64,000 nucleotides of DNA from positions 19,964,001-20,028,000 of the forward strand of contig JBHGNT010000003.1 in assembly GCA_043228905.1 (NCBI GenBank), written 5' to 3'. A model generated the notes under the pieces. That model had not been told where the DNA came from. It saw only the letters and a program-made list of their open reading frames with translations, and ran no database searches. Shown in pieces: positions 59,185 through 64,000 of the stretch. The stretch's first letter is position 1; every line of letters starts with the position of its first letter. The translations under genes and the position numbers were made by a program. The stretch is from Azolla caroliniana (Eukaryota; Plantae; Polypodiophyta).

Positions 59185-59690
59185 ATTCTTGCCCTCTAAC
59201 AATCTAGAAATTTGTAGTGACAATAATGATCTGTACATGCATTTGCATATGCCATGTTGATGTATTGCAATTGCTTTCTGTACTTCTATTACATTGTTTA
59301 TTGTTTTTCTTGTCCTCTGTAACAATCTAGAAATTTACTGTGGCAATTAGAACCTGTATATCCAATTGTTTATGTAGCGCAAATGTATTGAAATAGCATT
59401 ATGTACTTCTGTGATACTGTTATTTTTGCCCTCTTCTATGTCAATTTACAAATTTATAGTGATAAGAATATGTTTTCATTGTTATTCTTACCCTCTAGAA
59501 ATTGCAGTGGCAATTAGGATCTGTATATGCAATTGCAAACGACATGTATGTATTGCAATTGCTTTCTGTACTTCTGTTTCCTTGTTTATTGTTTTCCTTG
59601 CCCTCTATAACAATCTAGGAATTTACCCTGGAAATAAGAATCTGTATTTATCAATTTCTATGTGGTGCTCATGTATTGCAATCGCTTTAT
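59185..59690. repeat. Degenerate ~110-120-bp tandem repeat, ~4-5 units
   Basis: CCCTCT..AACAATCTAGAAATTT..GTGGCAAT..ATCTGTA..ATGTATTGCAATTGCTTTCTGTACTTCT recurs at ~59190, 59311, 59428, 59491 and 59600. Confidence 0.75.
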
Positions 59691-60807
59691 AGGTAATGTG
59701 TGCTGCCATAGTAAAGTCTTTGAAGTCTTTGTTTTTGTTGATATCAATCTACGTATTGACAATAAGAAAGACTGTCTTGGTTCTTAAGTCTTGACTAGTG
59801 TAATTTTATTGCTAAATTCACTTTTGATCAAGTAGCATTTTTTTACAGGTACTAGGTATCCTATATAGTGCTATATGTAGCTCACGTTTGGTTGTGAATG
59901 TTATAAAATCCTTTCTAATTAACGACTACCATTTTCTGTAATCCTGGTGTTATGCTGATGACATAATCCCAGTGTTTTAATCACATGCAGTCCTAGAAAA
60001 TCACGTCAATGCCAGTGCACTACATGGTTTTTGCAGCACAGGTTAAAACTGGGAAACGTTCAAGCTATGTCTCCTTGGAAGGACCATGGTAGTCACAAAT
60101 GATGAACCCTTATGATATTGTACACTACCTGAGTATGGTGAAGGAATAGAAGATATTGGGTAAAAATCTACTTTGTACTAAGAAAATAGTTTGCACACAT
60201 TAGCATAAGAGACTGAACCCTTAACATTAGCATATGGGAAATAACAAAATTGCACATCACCATAGACCAAGAAAAGGAATGTCAACACTATGAAGATTCA
60301 AGGCACATGGGTCAGTCATATCAATCTTTTTCTTTGCATTGCCATGTTGCCAAATTCCTCATTATCATATTGCGTGCATCAACTGATGAAGAGAAAACAC
60401 TTTCACAAACTCACACGATGTGCTAGGTTTCATGTTCTTGATTTGAAGGTGGTACCCATATAAGTATTATTGAATCACCAGACCATGTTATTTATGGGGT
60501 CAAATTACCTTCAGTAAATGTGCACGCCTAGAGGTTAGTTGTAATGTCAAATAAATGTGTGATGGGTCCAACTTCAATGGTGCAGTTCTAATGGTGAGGT
60601 TTTTTCCACCTCTATGTGGTAGTTTTAAGGGGTGGTCTCTTTTAAGTCCGAAGAGCACTCTACTTTTGTGAACTGAAGATGAGAGAGTACTTGATTTCAT
60701 GACAACCCCACAGTTGGAAGATTTGCATTAGAAGATGACCAAAATTTATCGAAATATAAATGATAATAGAATGTAAACAAGTGATGTAGCGGAATCTACT
60801 CTATAAA

Positions 60808-63417
60808 TTAGAATGTCCTTGAGTAATTTTTTATTTCATACATAATAGAAGCAATTGATACCAAGTCCTTATTGAGTGCCGAACCCCCCTCAATTCCCTT
60901 GATGCATTCTGAGAGACGTGTGTAATACAGAAGAAGTTGAGTCAATGCAAGTTTCAAGATATCCATACCACACAAGAAGTTGCTAAAAGATGTGATGATA
61001 TCTGTATGCATGAGTTTTATAGCTCCTTTCCATCGGTCACTGAAATCTTTTACTAATGGCTCCACTTCTTCAATCTTGATGGGCTGCCCACTATTAGAAA
61101 GAGACTCCTCACCTGTAGCATTAGAGAGCAAAACTCTCAATGAAAAGGAGAAATAATGTGGAAACATATATACATTGACAATGAATATGCTGGTCCATGG
61201 TGTAATTGTATATGGTATATGCAGTATACAAGCATGATATGTGTGACAACATTGCTATGAGTGATTGAAATCATATTCATAACAAACAACTTCATCCACA
61301 CTCTGGTCTTTACAAACAAGTTTTTTTGTACCTGCTCTGGTCTTCACAAACATAATAAGCTGCTGAAAATGCTCCAAAAGGAGAGCTTCCTGTAAGCAAA
61401 GAACACAATCGGGTTACAAAACATTTAACACGCAGTATGATAATGTAAAACTAAATGAAAGTTTACCACAAACACAGTCGTGGTAGATTTGAGCAACTCT
61501 TCAAACTGTTGGGGAGTCTTTCCCCCTGTTCCAGCTTCCTGTATATTTAAGTTTTTATTGGTTTTATTCAACATAGCGTAGGCTACATTCATTCAAACAT
61601 CTATGCACTATAAAACCCTCTTTTTGAAAAATATATCAGGGGAAAAGAGAGCTGCAACTACAAAAATCAATATCCACATCTCAGGGAAAAATTGCACTCT
61701 AATTAGCTGTTTCCATCACTTATGTATGAGGAGATTGTAGTAGAAGCAAAGGTATATAAAGAAACCTTGAAAACTGCAAGGACCATATCATAATTGTTTA
61801 TTAGAAATACTGTCTGCTGTTTCTGGTGTTTGAAACATCTCGTTAACCTGACAAGCAAGTCATCAATTGCTACTCTCAATCTGTCCAAGTTCAATGCAAG
61901 CTGCAGAGACATGTAAGTGGTTAGCAGGTTTGTTGAAACGAAAAAATAATGCCTGGTGTATTATACAAATTATGCACAGAGGTTCAAAGCATTTAAGAAT
62001 CAGTGCTAGCCCATCAATAATTTGCTTTATGCAGATATTGATCTGCAATGTATTCACCAGATCTACTATCGTATCAACAAAAAAAAAACTCCAACCTGGC
62101 CATCGCCATATTCTACATTCAGTTGAAGAAGTGATGCTGCAAATTCCGCATATCTTCGCATTACATAATGAGGATGCACGTCATCTTCCCATAATGTTCG
62201 AGCATTTGCAGTGCGAAGGCTAGTTAGGTGCATGTCAAATACCATCTTGAACCTCGGCCACAACATGATATTGACCTGTTGTTACTTATACATTAAGTGT
62301 ATGGTAATTGACATGTTCTAATCATTTTTGTAACGAAGACCTAACCTTATCGAGATAAGAATCTAGACAAGGCACCCGTCTTCTTGACATTGTAAGCTGT
62401 TCCACAAATAACGAGAAAGTAAGGTATGTGACATACAAGTAGGCTTGGAAATCCTTGACTAATGAAAACCATCTTAAATTATGTGAATCCATGCCTGATG
62501 TTGATGGGTAAGCCTAATCATTAACATCAGTCCAATAGCATCAAAATTATTTGGTAGAACTGAGTTCAGATGTTCATCTATAACTCCAAATGGCCCTGCA
62601 CATGTATAAGAATTTTTAATTTTAATTCATGATCTAAAAATACATGCTTGATAGAAACAGCTACCAAACATCAGGTTTCAGACCCGAGAAAATTTGAATG
62701 ACTTTTAAACAATGCTCTAAAGTCCAGATATTTGGAACACAGACAAGAACTGAACAAAAACAGATATTCATGACAAAACATCCCTTCACAGAATACTAAG
62801 TTAAAGCAACTACTTAAACCTTCCTATTACCACTGCAGATATTTAATCTTTCTATCACTCTGCATATGCATGCCCAGTAAAAGCCACACGTACCAGAAAA
62901 AATCTCATAGAAGATGGCATCTTCAGCAAAGAAATTATAACAGAACAAATACCTGCAATCAAGACAGTTCAAACACAATTGCATGCGCTGTGTCACAGTG
63001 AGTATCTAAATAAGATGCAATCAAGGTGCATGAAAATATTACTCAGATGTAGCTGTATCCATAAGCAGCTTGTGCAAACTTCGGAACAGAACTTCGTAAG
63101 GGTACTTTGTTCCACTTGCTTCTACAATATGCGGTATCAAAGCTGGTTGCTCAACCTCCTACAAAAATAAAAGATAAAATTTACTCTCACATTGTCATTG
63201 TAAATAGGTGTCCATAAAGCCAGACTTTTACTTGCAACACTTTTGCTCTATCTCCCAGAGCAAAGACAGCTGAACGGTTCCGTAGTGGTTCCCTTGACCT
63301 GGAAAAGAGACCGACACTTCTCGTGTCCTCAACACCAATTAAATCATTTGTTGTTGCGATGTCAAGCTGCACCTTCTCTAAAGCTAGTATATATGTCCGA
63401 AAATGTGCACTTAAAAC
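60808..63417 (-). CDS. VPS52: Vacuolar protein sorting-associated protein 52 (GARP subunit), 3' portion
   Basis: Exons (minus strand): 63417-63232, 63158-63043, 62952-62894, 62595-62495, 62396-62346, 62275-62096, 61900-61766, 61538-61467, 61389-61332, 61112-60808. They join in frame. Motifs YPYEVLFRSLHKLLMDTATSEY, LWPRF, HPHYVMRRYAEF, FLINNYD and the C-terminus IMYEIKNYSRTF*. Upstream exons were not located in the window. Confidence 0.93.
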
Positions 63418-64000
63418 CTGCAGAGTAAGATTTTTATTCAAGATAAGAGAGAATGAGATCATTTAGTCCTATAAATGATCATATCATGTAGTTTCCACAA
63501 AAAGCAAACTATACCTGCATGTGAATGTTTATGAAGAAAAAGAAAGGATAAGATATTAACATCTATAAACATGATTGACAAATATTACAACCATTGATGT
63601 GAACTTGTGAATGCAAGAGAAGAAAATTTTCTTTCTACTCTACTTTGATAAAACTAAAAAAGATACATTTTGTTATCATCCTGGGTGCTCTGGAACAAAA
63701 AAAACATATGAGAAAGCAATTGGGAGGCCAGAAACATGACATGTGGAACCATCTGAAGTTCTATTTCATACGTTTGCAAATGAATGCGTATGTTATGAAA
63801 ACTTATGTTTTTTTTTACGTTTTTTACGTTTTACCTTATAATAAATAATGAATACAAAAGCATGGTATTTACCATACTTCGAGGGTTTTACCATACTCGA
63901 ATGATCGAAACATACTTGAATGTGAATGCATGTATGGTACGTACAGTTCATACTGTGTGGAACCACAAGAAATATAGAAAAGCATTCTCTTACAACCAGC

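Overview
Eukaryotic land-plant genomic DNA. It is AT-rich and microsatellite-rich. An LEC1-type NF-YB together with RTE-X-like LINEs suggests a seed-free vascular plant such as a fern or lycophyte, but that is inference. There are four host genes: the 3' part of a DEAD-box helicase (RH24/DDX42-like, +), an LEC1-type NF-YB (-), a complete 276-aa VDAC (+) and the 3' part of VPS52 (-). The divergently oriented NF-YB and VDAC genes are separated by a ~45-kb transposon island with three components. (i) At 9.6-22.9 kb, a stack of L1-clade and RTE-X-like LINEs plus a tRNA-derived SINE, nearly all of whose ends abut (CT)n microsatellites. (ii) Two of three related TGTCGTGA...GCGACA solo LTRs (the third lies at 4.9-5.7 kb); all three have 4-bp, ACGT-like target duplications. 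(iii) At 29-52.6 kb, a three-level nest of Ty1/Copia elements, including three intact young copies. The most notable observations are the ACGT/4-bp-TSD solo-LTR family, the apparent (CT)n targeting by LINEs with a covarying 3' stem-loop, a triplication of the VDAC splice acceptor plus start codon, and a chimeric PBS-less LTR junction.
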